From assembly GCA_035254545.1 (NCBI GenBank), contig DATFAP010000010.1:5286-69285 (forward strand): a DNA stretch of 64,000 nt. Direction: 5' to 3'. The notes beneath the pieces are model-generated. The model made no database searches. It saw only the letters and a list, made by a program, of their open reading frames with translations, and had not been told where the DNA came from. This document shows, piece after piece, positions 10,138-17,762 of this stretch. This DNA comes from Sediminibacterium sp. (GTDB taxonomy: Bacteria > Bacteroidota > Bacteroidia > Chitinophagales > Chitinophagaceae). The position numbers were made by a program, and so were the translations under genes. How positions within the stretch are numbered: position 1 is the first letter of the stretch; the number at the start of each line of letters is the position of its first letter.

Positions 10138-11004
10138 ATGGGTATGAAAACAGCCGAAATAGCTGTATACCCTGTTAGTGTTTTTGGTACAGAGAAATCT
10201 TTCTGGATTGGTAACCTCGAAGGAATATTGGAAAAATTCCCTCAGTTAGAGTGCCCGCATAAACAGACATTTTATATGCTGTTGTATGTACAGGAAGCTT
10301 TGGGTATGGTGAAGCTGGATAAGCAAACCATACTCCTGGACCGGCAGAAAGTAATCTGTATAAAACCATACAGTGTATTCAGTTTGGATATCAATAGGAA
10401 TGCAAATGGCAGTATCATTTGTTTTACAGAAACATTTTTCTCGTTGCGCTACAATAATAATGTCTTGTATCAGTTTCTCTTTCTAAAAAAAGATGCTGAA
10501 AGCTATACCCGTTTGTCCGAAAAACATGCCGGGAAATGGGAGAACCTTCTCTGTTTGATGGAACAGGAGTTCAATGCGCACCATAAAAGCGCTGAGAAGG
10601 TATTGCGCTCTTATCTCAATATTCTTCTATTTGACCTGGACCGGAATTTACATCCCCACAAACGAATAGAACACAAAAACAATAAGACGGATAAAATAAT
10701 ACAGTTTGAACGGCTGGTGGATGACTATTTCATGCAGCATAAAACACCTTCTTTTTATGCCGCCGGATTGCATATTAGCACCAACTATCTGAACAGGCTT
10801 TGCAGGGAGTACAGGGGAGTAACGGGTGGAGAAATTATTCGGAAAAGGGTAATTATTGAGGCGCAGCGGTTGCTGCAGTATACTACACTTTCTGTAGCAG
10901 AAACGGCTTATAAACTGGGTTTTGAAAGCCCTTCCTATTTTATCACTTTTTTCAAGAAGAATACCGGAACCACTCCGGAAGGATTTAGAACAATGGATGG
11001 ATAA
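10138..11004 (+). CDS. AraC-family transcriptional regulator
   Basis: C-terminal double HTH (LHISTNYLNRLCREYRGVTGGEII ... VAETAYKLGFESPSYFITFFKKNTGTTP). Confidence 0.85.
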   Translation: MGMKTAEIAVYPVSVFGTEKSFWIGNLEGILEKFPQLECPHKQTFYMLLYVQEALGMVKLDKQTILLDRQKVICIKPYSVFSLDINRNANGSIICFTETFFSLRYNNNVLYQFLFLKKDAESYTRLSEKHAGKWENLLCLMEQEFNAHHKSAEKVLRSYLNILLFDLDRNLHPHKRIEHKNNKTDKIIQFERLVDDYFMQHKTPSFYAAGLHISTNYLNRLCREYRGVTGGEIIRKRVIIEAQRLLQYTTLSVAETAYKLGFESPSYFITFFKKNTGTTPEGFRTMDG

Positions 11005-11060
11005 GGCAGTTGCTTTTACAAAGGAGAAATAATTGATTTTCTAAATTGTAATGCGTTTTA

Positions 11061-11095
11061 TCAAAATCACCTGTTCCTTTTTTCAAATCAACCTG
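11061..11095 (+). promoter_or_regulatory. 13-nt imperfect direct repeat (TCAAAATCACCTG / TCAAATCAACCTG), candidate AraC-type operator
   Basis: The two copies start 22 nt apart, about 65-95 nt upstream of the cytochrome gene start and directly downstream of the AraC gene. Confidence 0.25.
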
Positions 11096-11157
11096 CTTTG
11101 TATTTTCTATGTATCATCTAATGTGCCGCTGATCTTTGTATCTAAAGTTATTTGGTT

Positions 11158-12657
11158 ATGGATTTTCCAATGTTTCATCTTGATTGGTTGAACGACAGGT
11201 TCCTGATTGCGCTTATTGCCATTCTGCATGTTTGTATCAACCATGGTCTGGCAGTTGGGTTTATACCTTTTATTACAAAACTGGAACAACAGGGTGTTAT
11301 GCATAGTGGCAGCAGCCGGATAACTGATCCTGAATGGGATGCCATGGTGTACAGGATGATGAAGGTCGGTTTCCTGATTACTACCAGTTTAGGAGCGATG
11401 ACCGGAGTGGGGATATGGATATCCGTATCCGTGGTTAGTCCGTCCTCTATCGCCAGCCTGATCAGGGTATTTTACTGGGCATGGTTTACCGAGTGGCTGG
11501 TATTTGTGACTGAAGTGGTGCTGATCCTGATTTATTTTCTTACATGGAAAAACTCCAATAAATCGCTTAAGGCAAAGCTTCGCCATATAAAATTCGGATG
11601 GTTTCTGTCCATTTTTTCATGGATCACAATGGCCATTATCGTAGCAATCCTGGGTTTTATGATGGATCCGGGAAACTGGAATACAGGCCGTAGCCTGGTA
11701 AACGGGTTTGTGAACCCAATCTATTTGCCACAATTGATTTTCCGGACACCCGCTGCTATGCTGGTGGCAGGTGTTTTCGGCTATGTATTATCAATTTTAT
11801 TTACCGGTAAGAATACTGCCATCAGGGCAAGAGCGGTTAAACAATCCTCCCGATGGATTTTGTATTGGACACCTCTAGCTTTGGGCGGGGCGGTTTTTTA
11901 CTATCGGGCAATACCGCAGGCAATGACTGATAATATGAGTACTGCGGTAGGCACTTTGCAGTTTGCAGAATACTATAATATATTGAAGTACGTAATAGCC
12001 GGTGCTATTTCAACTGTTTTTATAGTTGCTGCGCTGGGCGTTCTTAAGCCAAAGAAAGTCCGGCTGGTAATGGTAGTTATTCCCTGCATTACGGCATTTG
12101 GGTTCCTGGCTATTTTTGAACGGGTACGGGAATTCATCCGAAAGCCATATGTGATCGGGGGTTATATGTACAGCAACCTTCTGAGAGTAGAGGATTACCC
12201 GTTGTACAAAAGAGATGGTATCCTGAAATATGCTGTGTATACTTCCACCCCGGAAGTGACGGAGGCCAATAAGATAGAAGCGGGGAGAAACGTATTTATT
12301 CTTACCTGTAGTCGTTGTCATACAACACAAGGAATTAATTCAATTGTATTCGCATTCGAAAGAATGTATGGTGTCGGTAAACCTTTCGATGAAGTATCTA
12401 TAGCTGCTTTTACAAAGGGGATGCATAACGGGCGTACTTTCATGCCTGAGTTTCCAGGCAACAAAAAGGAGTTGGAAGCGCTATCTTCCTATATCAAAAA
12501 CCTGCAGCAAACCGGTGATGTAATTGAAGGTGCGCAGAATGAGGGGGTAGTGGTGAATCCGAACCAAAGCGTAACTGCCGTATTGCCACTGATTGAACAG
12601 CAACAGAATGCGGTAGCTGATTCCCTGAGTAAAATATCACTGTTGTCCAATAAATAA
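11158..12657 (+). CDS. CydA-like (cytochrome bd superfamily) membrane protein fused to a C-terminal mono-haem cytochrome c domain
   Basis: About 8 TM. TM1 His (ALIAILHVCINHGLAVG) and acidic TM3 (WFTEWLVFVTEVVLILIYFLTW) align by eye with E. coli CydA. CSRCH at 12307-12321 and a distal FMPEF are present. ATG at 11158 preferred to TTG at 11152. Confidence 0.65.
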   Translation: MDFPMFHLDWLNDRFLIALIAILHVCINHGLAVGFIPFITKLEQQGVMHSGSSRITDPEWDAMVYRMMKVGFLITTSLGAMTGVGIWISVSVVSPSSIASLIRVFYWAWFTEWLVFVTEVVLILIYFLTWKNSNKSLKAKLRHIKFGWFLSIFSWITMAIIVAILGFMMDPGNWNTGRSLVNGFVNPIYLPQLIFRTPAAMLVAGVFGYVLSILFTGKNTAIRARAVKQSSRWILYWTPLALGGAVFYYRAIPQAMTDNMSTAVGTLQFAEYYNILKYVIAGAISTVFIVAALGVLKPKKVRLVMVVIPCITAFGFLAIFERVREFIRKPYVIGGYMYSNLLRVEDYPLYKRDGILKYAVYTSTPEVTEANKIEAGRNVFILTCSRCHTTQGINSIVFAFERMYGVGKPFDEVSIAAFTKGMHNGRTFMPEFPGNKKELEALSSYIKNLQQTGDVIEGAQNEGVVVNPNQSVTAVLPLIEQQQNAVADSLSKISLLSNK

Positions 12658-12671
12658 AACCACCGAAAATT

Positions 12672-14009
12672 ATGCTTCGCTTATTGCAGGTTAGCACTCC
12701 CGTACCGAGGGATATCCCTTTGGATCTGCCATTACCCGAATGGCTGTTGATCGTTTTACTGGTTCTCTCTTTTTTGTTGCACATTATTTTTGTAAACCTG
12801 ATGCTGGGTAGTACGGTATTAACTTTGTGGTGCCAGATCAAAGGGCTGAAAGATCAGGATTATCACCAGCTTGCTCATGAAATATCAAGGACCATTACTG
12901 TCAATAAAAGCCTGGCCGTTGTTCTGGGTGTGGCTCCTTTGTTGAGTATCTCTACTCTTTATGCCACTTATTTTTATTCAGCGACATCACTTACCGGTGG
13001 CATGTGGATTGCTATTATCCCTTTGGTTACAGTGGCATTCCTGCTTACTTATTTAAATAAGTACACCTGGAAAATGCTGGATAAGAATAAACCTTTGAGT
13101 ATTGCCATTAATGCCGCAGCGACCGCTTTGTTTCTGTTTATTCCCCTGATTTTTCTGGTAAATGTAAATTTGATGCTTTTCCCCGAAAAATGGGGATCTG
13201 TGAAAGGATTTTTCAGCGCGTTGTTATTGCCGAATGTATTGCCCCGATACCTCCATTTCATTGCTGCCTCTATGGCTGTAACCGGGCTATTCATTTTCTG
13301 GTATATGGGTAGAAAAAATTACCCCTTCGAAACTTACTTTGCTCGCCTGACTCGCTATGAGGTCAGGAAAAATGCATATTCTCTTACGTTGGCTGCTTCG
13401 GTTGCCCAGTTCATCATCGGGCCTTTGGTAATGCTGACACTTCCGACCAAAGGATTTGACTGGCGGCTCGTGCTGATGATTCTAAGTGGCGCTGCCATTG
13501 CCTTGCCTGCTATGTGGCAGATCTGGAAAGCCATCTCCGGAACCCCGGAGAATATAGACCGCCATTTTGGGGTGGTGGTGATTGCGTTGACTATCACTGT
13601 GGTTTTTATGGGCAGTGGCAGGCATGTATACAGGGCTAATGCTTTGGCACCACATCAGAAATTGATGGCTGCAAATACTGCGGAGTTCCAGCGCCTATCT
13701 AAGGAAGCCAGGGAAAACCCTGTTGTTGAAGAAGTGCTGAAACCCGACAGTTCTTTAGGTGCTGATACCAGGGGCGCTGTTGTTTTTAAGCAAAACTGTA
13801 GCAGTTGCCACCTGGAAAAAACAAAACTGATTGGGCCGCCGATGACAGAAATGTCGGCTATTTATGCAAATGATAAAAATGGCCTGAAGCAGTGGATAAA
13901 GTCACCGGGGAAGAAAAGGCCTGGCTATCCGCAGATGCCCGCCTTTTCTCAACTCAGTGATGCGGATAGGGAGGAATTAGCTAACTACATCTTGGTAATT
14001 AAAAAATAA
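12672..14009 (+). CDS. second CydA-like membrane protein fused to a C-terminal mono-haem cytochrome c domain
   Basis: TM1 SFLLHIIFVNLMLGS resembles CydA YHFLFVPLTLG. PRYLHFIAASMAVTGLF resembles CydA VKFVHTVASGYVTGAMF (b558 His). CSSCH at 13797-13811 and a distal QMPAF are present. Confidence 0.65.
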   Translation: MLRLLQVSTPVPRDIPLDLPLPEWLLIVLLVLSFLLHIIFVNLMLGSTVLTLWCQIKGLKDQDYHQLAHEISRTITVNKSLAVVLGVAPLLSISTLYATYFYSATSLTGGMWIAIIPLVTVAFLLTYLNKYTWKMLDKNKPLSIAINAAATALFLFIPLIFLVNVNLMLFPEKWGSVKGFFSALLLPNVLPRYLHFIAASMAVTGLFIFWYMGRKNYPFETYFARLTRYEVRKNAYSLTLAASVAQFIIGPLVMLTLPTKGFDWRLVLMILSGAAIALPAMWQIWKAISGTPENIDRHFGVVVIALTITVVFMGSGRHVYRANALAPHQKLMAANTAEFQRLSKEARENPVVEEVLKPDSSLGADTRGAVVFKQNCSSCHLEKTKLIGPPMTEMSAIYANDKNGLKQWIKSPGKKRPGYPQMPAFSQLSDADREELANYILVIKK

Positions 14010-14013
14010 AAGT

Positions 14014-14181
14014 ATGCTTATCATGTATTTTTTTGCCGCAATTATTGTTCTTGTTTTTGTGTTGGCTGTGCAATTGATCAGGATGGATATATATGCCCTT
14101 GGCATCAGAAAAGACAATATTCTTAATCAGGCAACCATCAAAGAGGATACTGATTGGGAGTTCATCAAGGGGTTGTACTGA
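14014..14181 (+). CDS. 55-aa single-TM protein, candidate small subunit (not in the ORF track, below its length cut-off)
   Basis: ATG 4 nt after the upstream stop. Sequence is MLIMYFFAAIIVLVFVLAVQLIRMDIYALGIRKDNILNQATIKEDTDWEFIKGLY. An intrinsic terminator follows. Confidence 0.5.
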   Translation: MLIMYFFAAIIVLVFVLAVQLIRMDIYALGIRKDNILNQATIKEDTDWEFIKGLY

Positions 14182-14224
14182 TTAACAAATAGTTGTCGTA
14201 TGTGATTTTAGGTAATACATGCGT

Positions 14225-14251
14225 AGCCGGTGTTTCTACACTGGCTTTTTT
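14225..14251 (+). terminator. rho-independent terminator (possibly bidirectional)
   Basis: AGCCGGTG-TTTCTA-CACTGGCT forms an 8-bp stem with one G-U pair, followed by TTTTT. It sits between convergent genes, and the T-tract overlaps the DoxX stop codon. Confidence 0.6.
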
Positions 14252-14609
14252 ATTGTATTTTTTGATGGTAAGCATAGGATATGGTAAGGATAGCCAGGAA
14301 TACCAGTGGGGTAATGATGGCCGAAGCCGGATCCCCGCTTGCCGCATGTGCAAGAGTCGCTGACAGAAAAGTAAAGGCAAATCCTGAATAGGTGAGCCCT
14401 TTAACAGTGGCTGGTATTACCGGTATCACCAGCAACAAAGCGCCCGCAAGTTTGGCAATGCCCAATTCTATTCTGAAATAGTCCGGGAATCCCAAATGCG
14501 TGAATCCTGCTTTGATATCCGGATTGTTGAAATACCCGTATGCACTGAACAGCATCATGGCCGATATAATTCCTGTGGTTGCCCAATAGATTATTTTGTC
14601 TTTTTTCAT
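14250..14609 (-). CDS. DoxX-like membrane protein
   Basis: 119 aa with 4 TM. The pattern WATTGIISAMMLFSAYGYF...IELGIAKLAGALLLVIP is typical of the DoxX-like family. Confidence 0.7.
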   Translation of the reverse strand: MKKDKIIYWATTGIISAMMLFSAYGYFNNPDIKAGFTHLGFPDYFRIELGIAKLAGALLLVIPVIPATVKGLTYSGFAFTFLSATLAHAASGDPASAIITPLVFLAILTISYAYHQKIQ

Positions 14610-14621
14610 TTTGTTATAGGT

Positions 14622-15497
14622 TTAGTTGGTGGGGAAGTAAACGGATTTCAGGTATTCTTTTAAGTCCGTAGGTGTCCGGCCTAAGAGTTTACTCAAATCG
14701 GAGTGGGAGATTTCAAACTCACCTTGTTCTATTGCTTCGCTGAAACCGGCAATCAGTTGTATGTATTCCTCCGGTATACCTGCTTTGGAAAGCGTATCTG
14801 TGTATGTTACGGTTGCGGGGCTTGTATAGGGAATTTCTTCGCCAGAAAGTTCACTCAGTATGGCGGCAACATCGTACATGGTATAATTGCGCTCATTGGC
14901 AATGATGTAATCTTTGTTTTCATGTCCACTACCTGTAAGGATTTCAGCCGCGGCCTCCGCCATATCCTGCCTTGCTGCAAAAGAGGCGCTTCCGTTTCCT
15001 GCCGGCAGGTATATCCCTGTTTCTAAAACCTTTTCCCCCATAAATACTGGTAATACATCTGCATATAAACTATTACGCATAATGGTGTATGAGATGCCGC
15101 TTTCTTTGATGATACGCTCCGTTTCAATATGGGAGGCTGCTACCGCTGCAATAGGAGAGCCGGTTGTTTCGTTTCTGCGCAAGAAACTGGTGTACACAAT
15201 ATGGGTAACACCTGCCGCCACTGCCGCTTCTACCACATTGCGCTGCTGCCTGGCTCTGTTGGGAATATCATTCCCGGATACCAGCAATAATTTAGTTACC
15301 CCTTTAAAGGCTGAAAAAAGCGATGCTAAGTCTTCGTAATCTCCTGTTTTGAGCTGAATTCCCTTTTCCTTTAAATCCGTTGCCCTGGTTAAATCCCTTA
15401 CAAGGGCCGATATACTGCCGGCGGGTACGCTTTTATTCAACATTGCCTGGATTGCCGCTTTCCCGAATTGCCCTGTTGCACCTGTTACTAAAATCAT
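14622..15497 (-). CDS. NmrA-like / atypical SDR NAD(P)H-binding oxidoreductase
   Basis: N-terminal MILVTGATGQFGKAAI Rossmann motif. 291 aa, typical of the QorB/NmrA family. Confidence 0.85.
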   Translation of the reverse strand: MILVTGATGQFGKAAIQAMLNKSVPAGSISALVRDLTRATDLKEKGIQLKTGDYEDLASLFSAFKGVTKLLLVSGNDIPNRARQQRNVVEAAVAAGVTHIVYTSFLRRNETTGSPIAAVAASHIETERIIKESGISYTIMRNSLYADVLPVFMGEKVLETGIYLPAGNGSASFAARQDMAEAAAEILTGSGHENKDYIIANERNYTMYDVAAILSELSGEEIPYTSPATVTYTDTLSKAGIPEEYIQLIAGFSEAIEQGEFEISHSDLSKLLGRTPTDLKEYLKSVYFPTN

Positions 15498-15564
15498 TTG
15501 AATAATATTTAATGTGATTTGATAGCGGCAAAATTACCTATCTTTGCTATACTTATGTAACTAC

Positions 15565-15578
15565 TATACTATAGTATA
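15565..15578. promoter_or_regulatory. perfect 14-bp palindrome TATACTATAGTATA in a divergent promoter, candidate HxlR operator
   Basis: Lies between the divergent NmrA-like and HxlR genes. It is flanked by further AGTATA(C) repeats at 15574-15597. Confidence 0.4.
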
Positions 15579-15609
15579 CCAGTATACTACAGTATATCAA
15601 CAAAAAAAC

Positions 15610-15987
15610 ATGATAAAACCGGAATGTGGGCTCAGTCTCCCCAACTGCCCTGTTGAGTTTGCGCTGGCTGTTAATGATACCCTCGATTTTTTAAGTGGTA
15701 AATGGAAGCTGCCTATCTTAAGCTCTTTAATGGAGGGCAAAAAGAGGTTTAAGGAAATTGAACGTTCTGTGCCGGGCATTTCTCCCCGCATGCTCTCCAA
15801 AGAGCTGCGAGACCTTGAAATGAATAAGATGATTACCAGAACCGTTTATGATACCGTTCCTGCCACGGTGGAGTATGAAATCACTCAATATGGGCTGTCG
15901 TTAGACAAAGTGCTGCTGGCCATGTATGAATGGGGAACCGCGCATAGAAAAAAGATCATGGGGGCCGGTAATAAATACAAGAAATGA
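15610..15987 (+). CDS. HxlR-family winged-helix transcriptional regulator
   Basis: CPVEFALAVNDTLDFLSGKWKLPILSSL...KRFKEIERSVPGISPRMLSKELRDLE is the HxlR signature. ATG at 15610 chosen. Confidence 0.85.
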   Translation: MIKPECGLSLPNCPVEFALAVNDTLDFLSGKWKLPILSSLMEGKKRFKEIERSVPGISPRMLSKELRDLEMNKMITRTVYDTVPATVEYEITQYGLSLDKVLLAMYEWGTAHRKKIMGAGNKYKK

Positions 15988-16625
15988 GAACCGTACATCA
16001 ATACCTGGATAAATACCCGATTGCAAAGGATAGCGAACGATTGATTGTGGGAACGATTCATCCCCATGACCATCATAACTTCATTATTCCTTTTTTTTAT
16101 GGTAATGTAGCAAGTATCTGGACGATCCTGAGTGAGGCATTCCCTTCGGAGTTGGAAAAACCGATTCAACTGGAAGGTGTTTTGCGATTTCTGAACAAAC
16201 GGAAAATTGCAGTCAGTGATACGATCGTTCAATGTGACAGAAAGAAGCCTTCTGCGTTGGATCAGGATCTGATTCCCGTTGAGTTGAATATGAAGCTCAG
16301 GGATGAAATCCGGAACAGCAAGGTCAGGGAAATACTGTTTACCAGCGGTTTTGGCCGGAATAATGCTTTTAAACTGTTCTACGTGGATATCTTAGGGCTT
16401 TCTATAACCAAAGAGATCAGGGAAATGCGGGAAACGGTTTTGGATAGCCGTTTTTTTGGGCGACCTGTTAAACTAACCATTCTTTATTCCCCTTCCGGGG
16501 CTTCTAACATGGGCATTGCCAGGTCTGAATGCTATTTGAAAAACAAACAGCTATACAAAGACTCTCCTACACCCGTACACGATTTTAAGGTGGATTATTA
16601 CAAGGAGAAGTTTGGCGGAAAATAA
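15984..16625 (+). CDS. uracil-DNA glycosylase superfamily protein (family-6/hypoxanthine-DNA-glycosylase-like)
   Basis: LIVGTIHPH...FFYGNVASIWTIL and YSPSGASN resemble the GSFPS...FYYG..N.FW and SPAN motifs of UDG family 6 as I recall them. ATGA overlap with hxlR. Confidence 0.45.
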   Translation: MRTVHQYLDKYPIAKDSERLIVGTIHPHDHHNFIIPFFYGNVASIWTILSEAFPSELEKPIQLEGVLRFLNKRKIAVSDTIVQCDRKKPSALDQDLIPVELNMKLRDEIRNSKVREILFTSGFGRNNAFKLFYVDILGLSITKEIREMRETVLDSRFFGRPVKLTILYSPSGASNMGIARSECYLKNKQLYKDSPTPVHDFKVDYYKEKFGGK

Positions 16626-16679
16626 TCGCCGGATCCGTTGATCATATCGGAATAATCTTAACTTGTAAGAAAGTTTACA

Positions 16680-16883
16680 ATGACCTTATTGGCTATTTTC
16701 TTCCCGTTTCTGTCATTTATACTTAGGGGTAGGATCATTACAGGTATTATCTGCCTGGTCCTTCAAATTACCCTGATTGGCTGGATTCCGGCTGCAATAT
16801 GGGCTGTTATTTCCCTGCAGAATTCACGCGCCGACAGAAGAAATGCCCGATTGGTCAAAGCGATTAGAAAGCAAAACAGATGA
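16680..16883 (+). CDS. small two-TM membrane protein (YqaE/Pmp3-like)
   Basis: 67 aa. LLAIFFPFLSFIL...LQITLIGWIPAAIWAV resembles the Pmp3 pattern. Confidence 0.5.
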   Translation: MTLLAIFFPFLSFILRGRIITGIICLVLQITLIGWIPAAIWAVISLQNSRADRRNARLVKAIRKQNR

Positions 16884-16999
16884 AGGGGGTGCTGCAATTA
16901 ATTAGTTTTTCCTGAGGTATTGATGATGCATTCATCACTGCTCCCGCCCCTTCATCAAGTTCGGTATTTCCCAGGGAAAAGTATTTGTATTATTAATGT

Positions 17000-17671
17000 A
17001 TGAAAACGATACTCTTCTTTTGCAGTTTTCTGCTGTCCGCATTAAATATTGCTGCCCAGATTCCCGGGCAGCCTGTCAATCTGTTTGGAAATAAAAAACT
17101 GGTTCAGGTAAATGTAAATACCAGGGAAACGAACCATGCCGGCAAAAAGGCCCTGGAAGTAACCGGTAATGGCATAACAACTGAAACTACTTTTGTTAAG
17201 CTGAATGACTTCCTTTTTAAAGACGGCAGCATTGAAGTGGAAATGTCCGGGCAACCGGGCGCCGGTTCTTCCGATCAGGCAAGGGGATTTGTGGGATTGG
17301 CTTTCAGGATCAACAACGATAATTCAAAGTTTGAGTGCATCTATATCCGCCCCACCAATGGCCGTGCCGATGACCAGGTTAGAAGAAATCATTCCGTTCA
17401 GTACATTTCCTTCCCGGATTTTCCCTGGCATAAACTCCGAAAGGAGTTCCCTGAAAAATACGAGTCTTATGTTGACCTTGTACCGGGAGCGTGGACCAGG
17501 GTAAAAATTGTGGTAAAAGGGGCTTCTGCAAAACTTTATGTACATGGTAATACGCAACCCGCTTTAGTCGTTAACGACCTAAAGCTGGGCGCTGATGTGG
17601 CCGGTAGTATTGGTTTGTGGATTGGTCCGGGCACCCTGGCGCATTTTTCCGGCCTTCACATTCAACAATAA
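17000..17671 (+). CDS. secreted DUF1080 (3-keto-disaccharide hydrolase/LamG-like) domain protein
   Basis: Signal peptide present. FKDGSIEVEM...GFVGLAFR...VKIVVKGASAKLYVHG is typical of DUF1080. Confidence 0.65.
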   Translation: MKTILFFCSFLLSALNIAAQIPGQPVNLFGNKKLVQVNVNTRETNHAGKKALEVTGNGITTETTFVKLNDFLFKDGSIEVEMSGQPGAGSSDQARGFVGLAFRINNDNSKFECIYIRPTNGRADDQVRRNHSVQYISFPDFPWHKLRKEFPEKYESYVDLVPGAWTRVKIVVKGASAKLYVHGNTQPALVVNDLKLGADVAGSIGLWIGPGTLAHFSGLHIQQ

Positions 17672-17762
17672 ACTTTTCTGAAAGAATATTCTGGCCCGGG
17701 TTTAGTTATGGATTTACCTGAATGGTAGTTCTGTCTTTTACATTTTTTCGTATTATTACCAT

